This document shows positions 19,051 through 28,036 of a DNA stretch of 64,000 bases, piece by piece; within the stretch, counting starts at the first letter, position 1, and the number at the start of each line of letters is the position of its first letter. The notes beneath the pieces are model-generated. The model saw only the letters and a list, made by a program, of their open reading frames with translations. It searched no databases and was not told where the DNA came from. The position numbers were made by a program, and so were the translations under genes. This stretch comes from an uncultured Eubacteriales bacterium (GTDB lineage Bacteria > Acidobacteriota > Aminicenantia > Aminicenantales > Saccharicenantaceae): positions 7,605 to 71,604 of the forward strand of contig CAYQZX010000054.1 of NCBI GenBank assembly GCA_964422165.1. The letters run 5' to 3'.

Positions 19051-19594
19051 GGAAATTCTCCTTTATTCTTATCTTTCTGGAATTGCCCTGACTATCCCGC
19101 AAAATGATTTCTTCTTCTGTAATTTTTGCCAGGACAATTCCCGCAATTAACTCCTCACCTTCAGCCAGGGCTAAAGCCTGCCCGTCAACCAGGATAAGAG
19201 CCAGTCTCTTCTGCTTGGAATTTATGATTCCCGGACAGCTCAAATTAATGCTTTCCAGCAACGAACCTGTTTCAAACTCATCTAATCCCCCCGCATCCTC
19301 AAAGGCTTCAGTCGCAGCCTGAGCGGGGAACTGAGGCATTCCACCAGACTGAACAGCCGCAAGCGATGGTTTAAAAATGTCCCGCCTGGCGATAGCCAGA
19401 GCCGGCTCCAGCAGAGGCATTAGTTCTTTTTTTATCAAAGACAGGCCGACTTCCTTTTTAGCTTCATCCTGCTTATCTGAGCCGGCCGGAATGGTTTTTC
19501 CCTGAACCAAAATCAACTGCAGAGAAAAAAACAGCACCCAGAGACTTATCAGAAAAATCAGAATTGTTCTCCGGTCTGACTTATTTTTACTCAT
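19043..19594 (-). CDS. pilus assembly protein, PilP-like by position; single N-terminal TM
   Basis: Sits between the PilO-like gene and the secretin. N-terminal TM helix. There is no direct motif evidence. Confidence 0.35.
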   Translation of the reverse strand: MSKNKSDRRTILIFLISLWVLFFSLQLILVQGKTIPAGSDKQDEAKKEVGLSLIKKELMPLLEPALAIARRDIFKPSLAAVQSGGMPQFPAQAATEAFEDAGGLDEFETGSLLESINLSCPGIINSKQKRLALILVDGQALALAEGEELIAGIVLAKITEEEIILRDSQGNSRKIRIKENFHE

Positions 19595-20147
19595 GATAAA
19601 AACCTGAAACAGTCAATCTTAATTCCAGCATACCGGAAATATTATCTATTTTTTGAAAATTGAGCTGATCCAGTAGAAGAAACCTTGGCCAGGTCTCCAC
19701 CTGATAAAGAAATCTCTTGAGCAGCGGATAAGAAATTCTGAAATTGAATGAGGCCGAGAGCTTTTTTAGGGCTTTCCGGCTGGTTTCATCATAATTATAG
19801 CTAATGGGCGGAAGAACCACCCCAAGCTGCTGAAATACTCGTCTCAAATCCTGCCTGAAGGTTTCAAGACTGTCTTCCCCAGAATAAAAGAGGTTCTTTT
19901 CAAAATAGTCTAAATCTTCAAGAGTTGCCCGCCAGCTTAAAAATTGAGTTCTGGCGCTTTGAATCTGTTCGACTATTCTGGAAAGTTCTTTTTCCAGAAA
20001 AACCGCTTCCTGTCTGACTGCCTTCAGGCGGAATGACCAGTAAAAAAGAGAGCAGGCTAAAACGAGTAGCAGGACTCCAGCAGCGATGAAAAGCTTCGAA
20101 ACCAGCTTTCTTTCGCCCGGACTTAGAAATTCACTTAGTTTCTGCAT
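19587..20147 (-). CDS. pilO: PilO-like pilus assembly protein
   Basis: About 190 aa with an N-terminal TM, a coiled coil and a periplasmic domain. It has the conserved operon position after the PilN-like gene. Confidence 0.5.
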   Translation of the reverse strand: MQKLSEFLSPGERKLVSKLFIAAGVLLLVLACSLFYWSFRLKAVRQEAVFLEKELSRIVEQIQSARTQFLSWRATLEDLDYFEKNLFYSGEDSLETFRQDLRRVFQQLGVVLPPISYNYDETSRKALKKLSASFNFRISYPLLKRFLYQVETWPRFLLLDQLNFQKIDNISGMLELRLTVSGFYHE

Positions 20148-20715
20148 ATCTAAAACTCATCTCCACCTGAAATTTGCCATCCTGAAAAGCCTCATTCAGG
20201 ATTTTTATTTCACTGAAACCCTGAAGCTGAAAATTCTTAACCAGGTTTGTCAGGTCGTCGCGACCGGTAAGCCCAATTCTCACCCTGAATTCTGTCCCCG
20301 AACCTGAAACGGCTCCGGTCGGACTCAAAGAAATCAGAAAACTCTGGGGGAGTAGCGCTTCCTCTAGCCTGCTGAAAAACCTTACCCAGGAAAAAGCTTT
20401 TTTTTCAAGCAAACCGTTTATCTCCTCTACCAGGGGCTGATGTTTTTTCCTCAGGGTCTCTACTTTCTGGTTTAACTCCCGGTTTTCAGCGCTCAGGGCT
20501 ATTTTTTTCTCACTCAACACCTGGTTTAAGCTTTTTAGTTTCTTAAGCTCAGAGAGACTACTCCAGTTAACCAGCACCAGCCCAATCAGACCTGTAATCA
20601 GAATAATCACCATCAAAATAAATTGCAGCCAGAAAAACCGTCGGTTTCGAAGGGGCTCGGTGGCCAGGTTCAAGAATATATTAAAGTTCCTGAAAGATTG
20701 ATGGTTGGCCATCAT
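20131..20715 (-). CDS. pilN: PilN-like pilus assembly protein
   Basis: About 190 aa with a short cytoplasmic N-terminus, one TM and a coiled coil. The position fits the pilMNOPQ order. Confidence 0.5.
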   Translation of the reverse strand: MMANHQSFRNFNIFLNLATEPLRNRRFFWLQFILMVIILITGLIGLVLVNWSSLSELKKLKSLNQVLSEKKIALSAENRELNQKVETLRKKHQPLVEEINGLLEKKAFSWVRFFSRLEEALLPQSFLISLSPTGAVSGSGTEFRVRIGLTGRDDLTNLVKNFQLQGFSEIKILNEAFQDGKFQVEMSFRYAETK

Positions 20716-21605
20716 TGCCCCCCAATGAGTGGAGCAACCACCGGATTTTCAGTCATAATTTCCCTGACCTCCTGCCTGAGCCTGTTCTGAATTTCCAGCT
20801 TCAAGCGGTTAGAATTATCCAGTCCGGACCGGATATAGATTAAAACCTGTTTCTTTTTAAATTTTTCTTCCAGAAAAGAAACCGTGTTTTCAACTTCCCT
20901 TAGAACTGTTTCCAGATTTTCCGCCTCCCCGGGCCAGAGATGTTTTTGGCGGTAAAGATAAGGGCTGGTGTCGAGAACAACAATCAGGCTAAGATAATCA
21001 AGGTCCACATCAACCACCAGGACATCATCAGCTCCCAGGCCGTAACTGCTGATCAGGCTGAAAACGGAGAGTGAGGGAATAGTCAACTTGCCGGGCTGGA
21101 GTTTTTTTCTCTTCAAAAATCTTTCGTACTCCTTGACCACCTGGCTCCCGGAACACAGCACCATTATCCTCTTTTCCTGGCCTGAATTAAAAGTCTGATA
21201 TGAATAACGAATTTGGTCCAGGGGCTGGGAAAGCTGCCGGTCCAGACGCCATTCCACAAACCTGGTAATCTCCGACGGACTCATCAGGTTGCCTTCCAGA
21301 TTGAAGATAAATACCCGGCTGCTCATTTCGGGTATCAGCAGAGTAACTGAATTCCCTTGAGGTCTAAACTCATCAAGCGCTTCATCTATCAACTTTTCAA
21401 GCGCTTCCGGGTCTTTTAAGTTTGGCTGAAGAAGATGGGCTTCAATCAACCCTGCTGGAATTCTTTCTCTTTTAAAAAATTCTTCTGAAATGGAACCTTC
21501 CGGTTTAGTCTTTAAAAAAGAGAAAAAGGAAGGAGACATCTGGATGATGGCCGCCGGTCGGGGCTGTTCCAGAAAAAAGGCAGTTATTTTTTTCTTCAAA
21601 CCCAT
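20712..21605 (-). CDS. PilM-like (degenerate actin-fold) pilus assembly protein
   Basis: Sits immediately downstream of the GspE ATPase and upstream of the PilN-like gene. The LVVDVDLDYLSLIVV segment resembles the PilM nucleotide-binding fold. Confidence 0.4.
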   Translation of the reverse strand: MGLKKKITAFFLEQPRPAAIIQMSPSFFSFLKTKPEGSISEEFFKRERIPAGLIEAHLLQPNLKDPEALEKLIDEALDEFRPQGNSVTLLIPEMSSRVFIFNLEGNLMSPSEITRFVEWRLDRQLSQPLDQIRYSYQTFNSGQEKRIMVLCSGSQVVKEYERFLKRKKLQPGKLTIPSLSVFSLISSYGLGADDVLVVDVDLDYLSLIVVLDTSPYLYRQKHLWPGEAENLETVLREVENTVSFLEEKFKKKQVLIYIRSGLDNSNRLKLEIQNRLRQEVREIMTENPVVAPLIGGQ

Positions 21606-21610
21606 CTTCC

Positions 21611-23221
21611 TTACTCAACAAAAGTTACTTTGTTAAGGTCTTTGAGACTGGTAATTCCGGCCAGAACTTTTTCCAGACCAGCCTGGCGCAGAGGTATCAT
21701 TCCCTCTTCCTGAGCTTTCTTCTTCACTTCAGACAGAGGTTTCCTGGCCAGAATCATCTCCCTGATGTCATCTGACAGCTCCAGCAGTTCGGCAATGGCT
21801 GTCCGACCTTTATAGCCGGTCTGATTGCAGTCAGAACAACCTCTTGGTTCGAAAAAGGTGACCTCCCGGTACTGATCCGGATTTAGACCCGAAAGCTCCA
21901 GGGTTAAATCATCATACCGAACTGAAGCCTTACACTTAGGACACAGAACTCTGACCAATCTTTGAGCCAGGATGCAGTTTAAGGCTGAAATAAAACTGTA
22001 AGGGTCAACCTGCATATGGAGAAAACGGCCAATGACATCAAAAACGTTGTTGGCATGGACGGTGGTAAAAACCAGATGTCCGGTCAGAGCTGATTGAATA
22101 GCAATCTGAGCCGTCTCGGGGTCACGGATTTCCCCCACCATGATTTTATCCGGGTCATGACGCAGAATGGAGCGCAATCCCCGGGCAAAGGTCAAACCTT
22201 TTTTCTCGTTTACTTGAATCTGAGTGATGCCTTCTATCTGGTACTCAACCGGGTCTTCAATAGTGATGATTTTGTCCTCGGGAGATTTGATTTCGGTCAG
22301 AGCCGCATAGAGAGTGGTGGTCTTGCCGCTGCCGGTGGGACCCGTTACCAGGATCATACCGTAAGGCTGATTGATGTAGCGGCGGAATTTTTTCAGCACA
22401 TAGTCAGAAAAGCCAAGCAGGTCCAGCCGGAGCTCGGCAAAAGCCTCGGTAATCATCTCTTTGTCGAGGATGCGGATAACCGCATCTTCGCCATAAATGC
22501 AGGGCATGATAGAAACCCGAAAATCAATGGTCTTGTCTTTGATTTTAAGCCGGAAGCGTCCATCTTGAGGAACCCGGCGTTCGGAGATGTCCAGATCTGA
22601 CATAATCTTAATACGGGAAATGATAAGCGATTGAAACTTGCGGTCTATCGGCTCCATGGCATCGTTCAGAACCCCGTCAATACGGTACTTGATTCGGACA
22701 AAGTTTTCCTTGGATTCAATGTGAATATCGCTGGCGCGCTTCTGAACCGCAGTGAAAATGATGGTGTTGACCAGCTTGATGATGGAACCGTCCTGCTCGG
22801 TCAGCTTTTCTATGGTAATAACGTCTTCTTCTTCGCCGGTTTCGGTCTCTACCACCTGACGGACAAAGCTTTCGGTGGCTTCTTTCAACACCTGAACGGC
22901 TGTCTCACTCCGGCGGAGGGCTTCCTGAACCGCCCTTCTGCTGGCGGCATAGACTTCGACCTTTCGCCCAGCAAAGGCTTCTATAGAATCCACTGCTGAG
23001 AGGTCGGAAGGGTCGGCCAGAGCTATCTTTAAAACCCGACCATCATCACTCAATGGCACAAAATTATACCTATAGAGAAAATCAACCGGAAAAGATTGAA
23101 TCAGCTCTCGGTTCAGATTCTGGCTGCTGAGGTCTATATAGGGAACATGGTACTTTTCTGCCAGCTTTCGGGCTTCCAGCTCTTCGGCCATCAACAGACC
23201 GTTGGTTTCACCTTTTGGCAA
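21611..23221 (-). CDS. pilB: GspE/PilB family type II/IV secretion ATPase
   Basis: Walker A motif GPTGSGKTTT, a T2SSE N-terminal domain and a C-terminal tetracysteine motif. Confidence 0.9.
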   Translation of the reverse strand: MPKGETNGLLMAEELEARKLAEKYHVPYIDLSSQNLNRELIQSFPVDFLYRYNFVPLSDDGRVLKIALADPSDLSAVDSIEAFAGRKVEVYAASRRAVQEALRRSETAVQVLKEATESFVRQVVETETGEEEDVITIEKLTEQDGSIIKLVNTIIFTAVQKRASDIHIESKENFVRIKYRIDGVLNDAMEPIDRKFQSLIISRIKIMSDLDISERRVPQDGRFRLKIKDKTIDFRVSIMPCIYGEDAVIRILDKEMITEAFAELRLDLLGFSDYVLKKFRRYINQPYGMILVTGPTGSGKTTTLYAALTEIKSPEDKIITIEDPVEYQIEGITQIQVNEKKGLTFARGLRSILRHDPDKIMVGEIRDPETAQIAIQSALTGHLVFTTVHANNVFDVIGRFLHMQVDPYSFISALNCILAQRLVRVLCPKCKASVRYDDLTLELSGLNPDQYREVTFFEPRGCSDCNQTGYKGRTAIAELLELSDDIREMILARKPLSEVKKKAQEEGMIPLRQAGLEKVLAGITSLKDLNKVTFVE

Positions 23222-23236
23222 GTTGCCTCCTTCTGC

Positions 23237-24439
23237 TCATCTGGTAACTCTGATTATGTTAAATATCGGCAGGTAGATAGAAAGAATCATAGCCGCTGCC
23301 ACCAGACCGATAAAAATGATTATTACCGGCTCAATCAGAGAAACCAGCGTCTGTATTCTATCACGCAAACGTTCATCATAAAAGTCAGCCACCTCTGTTA
23401 GCATCCCGGGCAGGTTGGCTGAACTTTCTCCAATTCTTATCATATCAAGGGCCAGCTGGGGAAAAACTCCAGTTTTGACCAGCGAGTCGTACAGGCTCTC
23501 CCCATTCTTAAGGCTTTCGGCCACAGTTTCCAGTCTGAAGGAAATAAAGCGATTGGGAACCGAAAGGCCGGCCACCGTGACCGAGGAAAGCAGGGTTATG
23601 CCGGCTTCCAGAAGAAGCCCCAGGGTCCGGCTGAAGAGGGCTGTGGCTGAGTCCTGAATCAAAAAGCGAGCAAAAGGCAGCTTTAGCTTTATCCGGTCCC
23701 TAAAAAGAATAAAGCCCAGCCTGTTTTTCTGACTGAGATAGATTAGGATTAGTAACAAAACAAGGAGAGCGAACCAGGGCAAGTTTTGCCTGAGAAAAAT
23801 AGCCGTTCCCAGCAGCCAGCGAGTCATAACAGGGAGCTCGGCACCAAAATCAGCGTAGAAAGAAGCAAAGCGGGGCAGTACCAGACCGACCAGAATACCT
23901 ATTAATATTGCTGAAAATATGACCAGCAGGGTCGGATAAAGGAGAGCTGAACGCACCCGGCTTCTGGTCTGATTGACGACCCGAGCATACTGAATGTACC
24001 TGGATAAAGACCCCGGCAGATTTCCGCTTTTTTCCCCAGCCATTAAGGAAGCGGTATAAACCTTGGAAAAAAGTGCTTCAAAAGGGGAAAAAGCTTCAGA
24101 GAGGGCTTTTCCCCCGCGGACCTCAACTTCAACTTTTCTAATGATATCAAGTAAATAAGGATTTTCTATTCGCTTTTCCACCAGTTCTAAACTTTTAAGC
24201 ACCGGATAACCGGCTTTTAGAAGAGCCACCAGCTCCTGGTTAAATAGAATGAATTCAGACGGTTTTACCCGATGACCTAATAGCCGGAGCCGGGGCAATT
24301 TTATTTCTTTTTGAACCGATAGAACGCAGAAACCTTCTGCCTCCAGACTCCTGCGGCATTCTTCCAGTGAGGGAGCCTGAATAGTTTCTCTGACCAGACG
24401 GCCATCGGTGGTTACAAAGCGGCACTGATAAGCAGGCAT
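23237..24439 (-). CDS. pilC: GspF/PilC family inner-membrane platform protein
   Basis: 400 aa with a duplicated GspF domain organisation and three TM helices. Confidence 0.9.
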   Translation of the reverse strand: MPAYQCRFVTTDGRLVRETIQAPSLEECRRSLEAEGFCVLSVQKEIKLPRLRLLGHRVKPSEFILFNQELVALLKAGYPVLKSLELVEKRIENPYLLDIIRKVEVEVRGGKALSEAFSPFEALFSKVYTASLMAGEKSGNLPGSLSRYIQYARVVNQTRSRVRSALLYPTLLVIFSAILIGILVGLVLPRFASFYADFGAELPVMTRWLLGTAIFLRQNLPWFALLVLLLILIYLSQKNRLGFILFRDRIKLKLPFARFLIQDSATALFSRTLGLLLEAGITLLSSVTVAGLSVPNRFISFRLETVAESLKNGESLYDSLVKTGVFPQLALDMIRIGESSANLPGMLTEVADFYDERLRDRIQTLVSLIEPVIIIFIGLVAAAMILSIYLPIFNIIRVTR

Positions 24440-24469
24440 TTCAGCTCTCTTTTTTGCCTTTAATTGATT

Positions 24470-24499
24470 ATCTTAAGTTAGTGTTTTGAATCTGTCAAT
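24470..24499 (-). promoter_or_regulatory. candidate sigma-70 promoter for the pilC operon (-35 TTGACA, 18-nt spacer, -10 TAAGAT on the minus strand)
   Basis: Reverse-complement reading of 24470-24499. The -10 element is weak. Confidence 0.25.
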
Positions 24500-24754
24500 C
24501 AAACTAAGTCAGAGCAACCGGCCCTGTTCACTTGAATGCCACTTTACTGAACTAAAACTGGATTAAAAAGTTTCCCCCTCAGAAGTTTATTCTTTCGACT
24601 CAGAGCTCTGGGCACAGGGGTTGCGGCCGGCTACTTTACTTGGCGAGCTTAACCCGAGCCCGGTTATCCGGATAAAAGTACCCCCCTGAGCCTCCTGGCT
24701 GAAACCAGTTCTCATCTGATTGGGTTGGCCAGAGAACCTTATTTAATAAAAAGG

Positions 24755-24783
24755 TTGACAGGGATTGTAATTATCAGTATTTA
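24755..24783 (+). promoter_or_regulatory. sigma-70-like promoter TTGACA-17-TATTTA, about 10 nt before ATG 24793, implying a leaderless transcript
   Basis: Consensus -35 with a 17-nt spacer and an A/T-rich -10. There is no room for a Shine-Dalgarno sequence. Confidence 0.4.
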
Positions 24784-24792
24784 TTTAGTGCC

Positions 24793-25110
24793 ATGGAGCG
24801 TGGTTGCACTAAAAAGAAAGGCAGAAAATTCTTCTGTCTCTTCCTGCAAATTCTTATTTTAGCCACTCTACTAATATCCGCGGCCGACAGCCAGCAAAAA
24901 ACCACTCAGGAAGAGCAAATCACCCAAAATCCGCCTGACCAGGCGCCACCTCAAGAAATTCAGAAGCCCAGGCTTGACTACATGAGCACTTTTCTCTCCC
25001 GGACAACCGGTCCGCTGGGTTTAAAAGAAGACCAGGAGTTTCGCCACCTCCTGAAGCAATCAAAGGTTAAGTGGGCTATCAGGGCTGGGGTGCGCCACAT
25101 ACTAAACTAA
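24793..25110 (+). CDS. small secreted hypothetical protein
   Basis: Basic n-region (KKKGRK) then a hydrophobic core, followed by a Q/P-rich segment. Confidence 0.4.
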   Translation: MERGCTKKKGRKFFCLFLQILILATLLISAADSQQKTTQEEQITQNPPDQAPPQEIQKPRLDYMSTFLSRTTGPLGLKEDQEFRHLLKQSKVKWAIRAGVRHILN

Positions 25111-25183
25111 TTTTTTTTGTGTTATTAATACAAATTTTTGGATTTAATACATTTTTTGGTATATTTTATTATTATTAGGGCAA

Positions 25184-28036
25184 ATGAGAAGGCATATTTT
25201 ATTCTTCCTGATGCTTTTCGGGGTTCTCATCCTGACAGTTATGGGCTTTATTAACATTTCCCGAAAGCTCTCCTGGAAGGAACCTTATGACGGAGTTACC
25301 TGGGTAGAAAGCCAGGGGGGCCTGATAGCGGCCCGAGTTGAAGAAAACAGCCCTGCCTACCTCTCCGGGATTAAGCCTGGAGACATCCTTTTTTCGATAA
25401 ACAACACCCCTATCAAAAATAGAATAGAATACACCAAAATGCTCTGGCTGGTGGACCGGCTGGAGCAGAAAGCACTTTACCAGGTTGGCCGTGGCGGGAC
25501 CATTCTTTCCCCGTCCTTTTACCTGGGAAAAAGAGGGGTTAGTTCCACCTACATTTACCTGATGCTCCTGGGCCTGACCACCCTGGCCATAAGCCTTCTG
25601 GTTTTTTTCAACACCAAAAGGCAATTTTCCAGACCTTATTCATTTTTCTATCTGGTTTCTATCGCTCTTTATTCCTTTTATGTGTTTTCGGCCACCGGCC
25701 AGCTGGATTTTCTGGATAGTCTGTTCTTCTGGTTGGACAAAATGGCCCTTCTGGCTTTTCCCCCACTACTTTTAAACTTCTTTTTTATTTTCCCTCAAAA
25801 GAAGAAAATACTTCAAAATAAAAGACTGGTTTCTCTAATCTACTTACCTTCGGTCCTTCTCCTCCTGGCTAACCTGATTTTTAGCTTTTATCTTGAGCCG
25901 GGATTGAATGAAACCCAGATAATAAATTTACAGAGAATGCTGGAAAAGGCCGAGCTGGCTCATTTCGCCCTTTATTGTCTTCTGGTCCTGGGATTGATAA
26001 TCCACGACCTTATTTTCTGTCTGAATCCTTACATAAAAAACCAGTTGAAATGGATTGCTGGGGGCCTGGCTGTGGGCACCTTGCCTTTTGCCGGTTTTTA
26101 TATAATTCCGTTTCTATTTGGGCGGCTACCTTCAGCTGTCGGGCAGAGCAGTGTTTTACTTCAGGCGCTTATTCCAATTACGCTGGCTTACTCCATTTCC
26201 CGGTACCGATTGATGGACTTTGAGGTCCTTTTCAAGAAGGGTACTACCCTGGTTATCTCTTTTACCCTGCTAGCTCTGGTTTACTTTCTGGTCAGCTCGC
26301 AAACCGAGCTTTTCTCAGAAAATAGATTAAATGCCATCCTCCTGGGACTGCTGGCCATAATTCTTGGAGCCACCCTGTTCACCCCGCTGTCGGAACTGGT
26401 CCAGACACTTTTTGACCGGGTAATTTACCGCCGAAGCTACGAATACCGCCGGACCCTGCTGATGATATCCAATGAGCTTAACCGGGAAAGAAATCTGTCC
26501 AGATTGAGCAACTTTCTGGTGGACACTATCTCTAAAGCCCTTTCTCTTAACAAAATGGCCATCTATCTGGCAAAAGAAGGGACCGAGGAAGAGTTATATC
26601 TCTTGAAATCCCTGGGCGAACTGGGCAGCGAGCTACAAAACCTGAGATTGACTCCGGTTGAAATAGAACAGCTCCAGAGCTCAGAGTTCATCACCTTTTA
26701 TCAGCTGGAAGAGTCCGGCAATCTGAATAAGCCGTTCGGTTCTCTTATCAAGAAAGGTCTTTACAACATCTTACCCCTGAAACTGGAAAATAAGATTATG
26801 GGAATGATGGCTCTTGGCCTCAAGCTGGATGAGTCATACCTGTCTGGTGAAGACCGGGAGCTTTTACGGACCATAAGCCCATCGGTGGCTCTGGCTCTGG
26901 AGAATGCCTATCTTTATAATCAGGAAATTGCCCGCTCCCAGGAGCTGAGGCGTCTTAAAGATTACAGCGACAACATCATAGAAAGCCTGACCGTGGGAGT
27001 GGCAGTTATTAACCAGAGCGGTCAGGTCATCGGCTGGAACCGGGTTCTGGAAAGACAATTTAATATAAAAAGAGAACAGGCTCTCAACCGCCATCTCTCT
27101 GAAGTCATCGGAGAGGAGAACTTTATAGCCATCTTTCCGCCTGAAACCCAGGCTGAATACCAGTTGCTAAGCGAAATAGGTCTGTCCCTTCCATCAGGAG
27201 ATAAAAAAATATTTGATGTGGCCAGAACTCCTCTTCTGGATAACCAGATGCAGGCCTATGGTACCATTATCGTATTTGAAGACATCACCGAAAAAATCCA
27301 TCTCCAGCAACAGCTCCTGACTTCCGAAAAACTGGCATCCATTGGTCTTCTGTCCGCTGGTGTGGCCCACGAAATTAATACTCCTTTGACCGGTATTTCC
27401 AGCTATGTGCAGATGCTCCAGAAAAAGCTAACCGATGCCCACTACGTTCAAATCCTCCAAAAAATTGAGGCCCAGACCGAACGAGTCAACCGGATTATTA
27501 AGAATCTGCTCAACTTTGCCCGTAATCCCGCCGACGAATCCTTTCAGCGAGTTGACCTCAAGGACAGTCTGGAAGAAATCATTTCTTTGATAGATTACCG
27601 GTTGAAAAGTTTAAACATTCAGCTGGAACTGAAGCTCAACCCAGTCGTTATTTACGCCCAGAGAGAAAGACTGCAGCAGGTTTTCATTAACATCATCCTG
27701 AACGCTCTTGATGCCATGCCGGGTGGAGGCCGTTTGATTATTGAAACTAACCAGAAAGACGATCTGGCCCTGGTTAAGATTACTGATACCGGGACCGGCA
27801 TCAAACCGGAGCACCTGTCCAGAATTTTTGACCCCTTCTTTACTACCAAAGGACTGGGTAAAGGAACTGGACTCGGGCTGTCAATTAGCTTTGCCATAGT
27901 TAAAGAGCATGAAGGCCAGATTCTGGTTGACAGCGCTGTTGGCAAAGGGACCACCTTTACTATCTTACTGCCGACCAATCTGGCGGATAAAAGCCGTCAG
28001 AAATTTCTACCGCGGGGAAAGCATCATGAGAGCTAA
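25184..28036 (+). CDS. sensor histidine kinase with PDZ, multi-TM, GAF-like, PAS, HisKA and HATPase domains
   Basis: PDZ pattern GLIAARVEENSPAYLSGIKPGDILFSINNTPI after the first TM. About 8 hydrophobic helices. H-box SAGVAHEINTPL. N, G1 and G2 boxes near the C-terminus. Confidence 0.85.
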   Translation: MRRHILFFLMLFGVLILTVMGFINISRKLSWKEPYDGVTWVESQGGLIAARVEENSPAYLSGIKPGDILFSINNTPIKNRIEYTKMLWLVDRLEQKALYQVGRGGTILSPSFYLGKRGVSSTYIYLMLLGLTTLAISLLVFFNTKRQFSRPYSFFYLVSIALYSFYVFSATGQLDFLDSLFFWLDKMALLAFPPLLLNFFFIFPQKKKILQNKRLVSLIYLPSVLLLLANLIFSFYLEPGLNETQIINLQRMLEKAELAHFALYCLLVLGLIIHDLIFCLNPYIKNQLKWIAGGLAVGTLPFAGFYIIPFLFGRLPSAVGQSSVLLQALIPITLAYSISRYRLMDFEVLFKKGTTLVISFTLLALVYFLVSSQTELFSENRLNAILLGLLAIILGATLFTPLSELVQTLFDRVIYRRSYEYRRTLLMISNELNRERNLSRLSNFLVDTISKALSLNKMAIYLAKEGTEEELYLLKSLGELGSELQNLRLTPVEIEQLQSSEFITFYQLEESGNLNKPFGSLIKKGLYNILPLKLENKIMGMMALGLKLDESYLSGEDRELLRTISPSVALALENAYLYNQEIARSQELRRLKDYSDNIIESLTVGVAVINQSGQVIGWNRVLERQFNIKREQALNRHLSEVIGEENFIAIFPPETQAEYQLLSEIGLSLPSGDKKIFDVARTPLLDNQMQAYGTIIVFEDITEKIHLQQQLLTSEKLASIGLLSAGVAHEINTPLTGISSYVQMLQKKLTDAHYVQILQKIEAQTERVNRIIKNLLNFARNPADESFQRVDLKDSLEEIISLIDYRLKSLNIQLELKLNPVVIYAQRERLQQVFINIILNALDAMPGGGRLIIETNQKDDLALVKITDTGTGIKPEHLSRIFDPFFTTKGLGKGTGLGLSISFAIVKEHEGQILVDSAVGKGTTFTILLPTNLADKSRQKFLPRGKHHES

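Noticed and set aside
24440-24700. c-di-GMP (GEMM) riboswitch upstream of the pilus operon
   Set aside because: Reverse-complement inspection shows none of the conserved GEMM-I elements (GGGACGCAAAGCC and others).
24540-24720. GC-rich structured-looking intergenic segment between the divergent pilC operon and the small secreted gene, considered as tRNA, tmRNA, RNase P or SRP RNA
   Set aside because: No T-arm (GTTCRANYC) or other universally conserved ncRNA motif was found. It is likely just divergent promoter/UTR sequence.
27909-28025. 5' extension of the response-regulator ORF (ORF-track start 27909)
   Set aside because: The extension lies entirely inside the kinase gene in another frame. 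The receiver domain begins at ATG 28026, so the start was reassigned.
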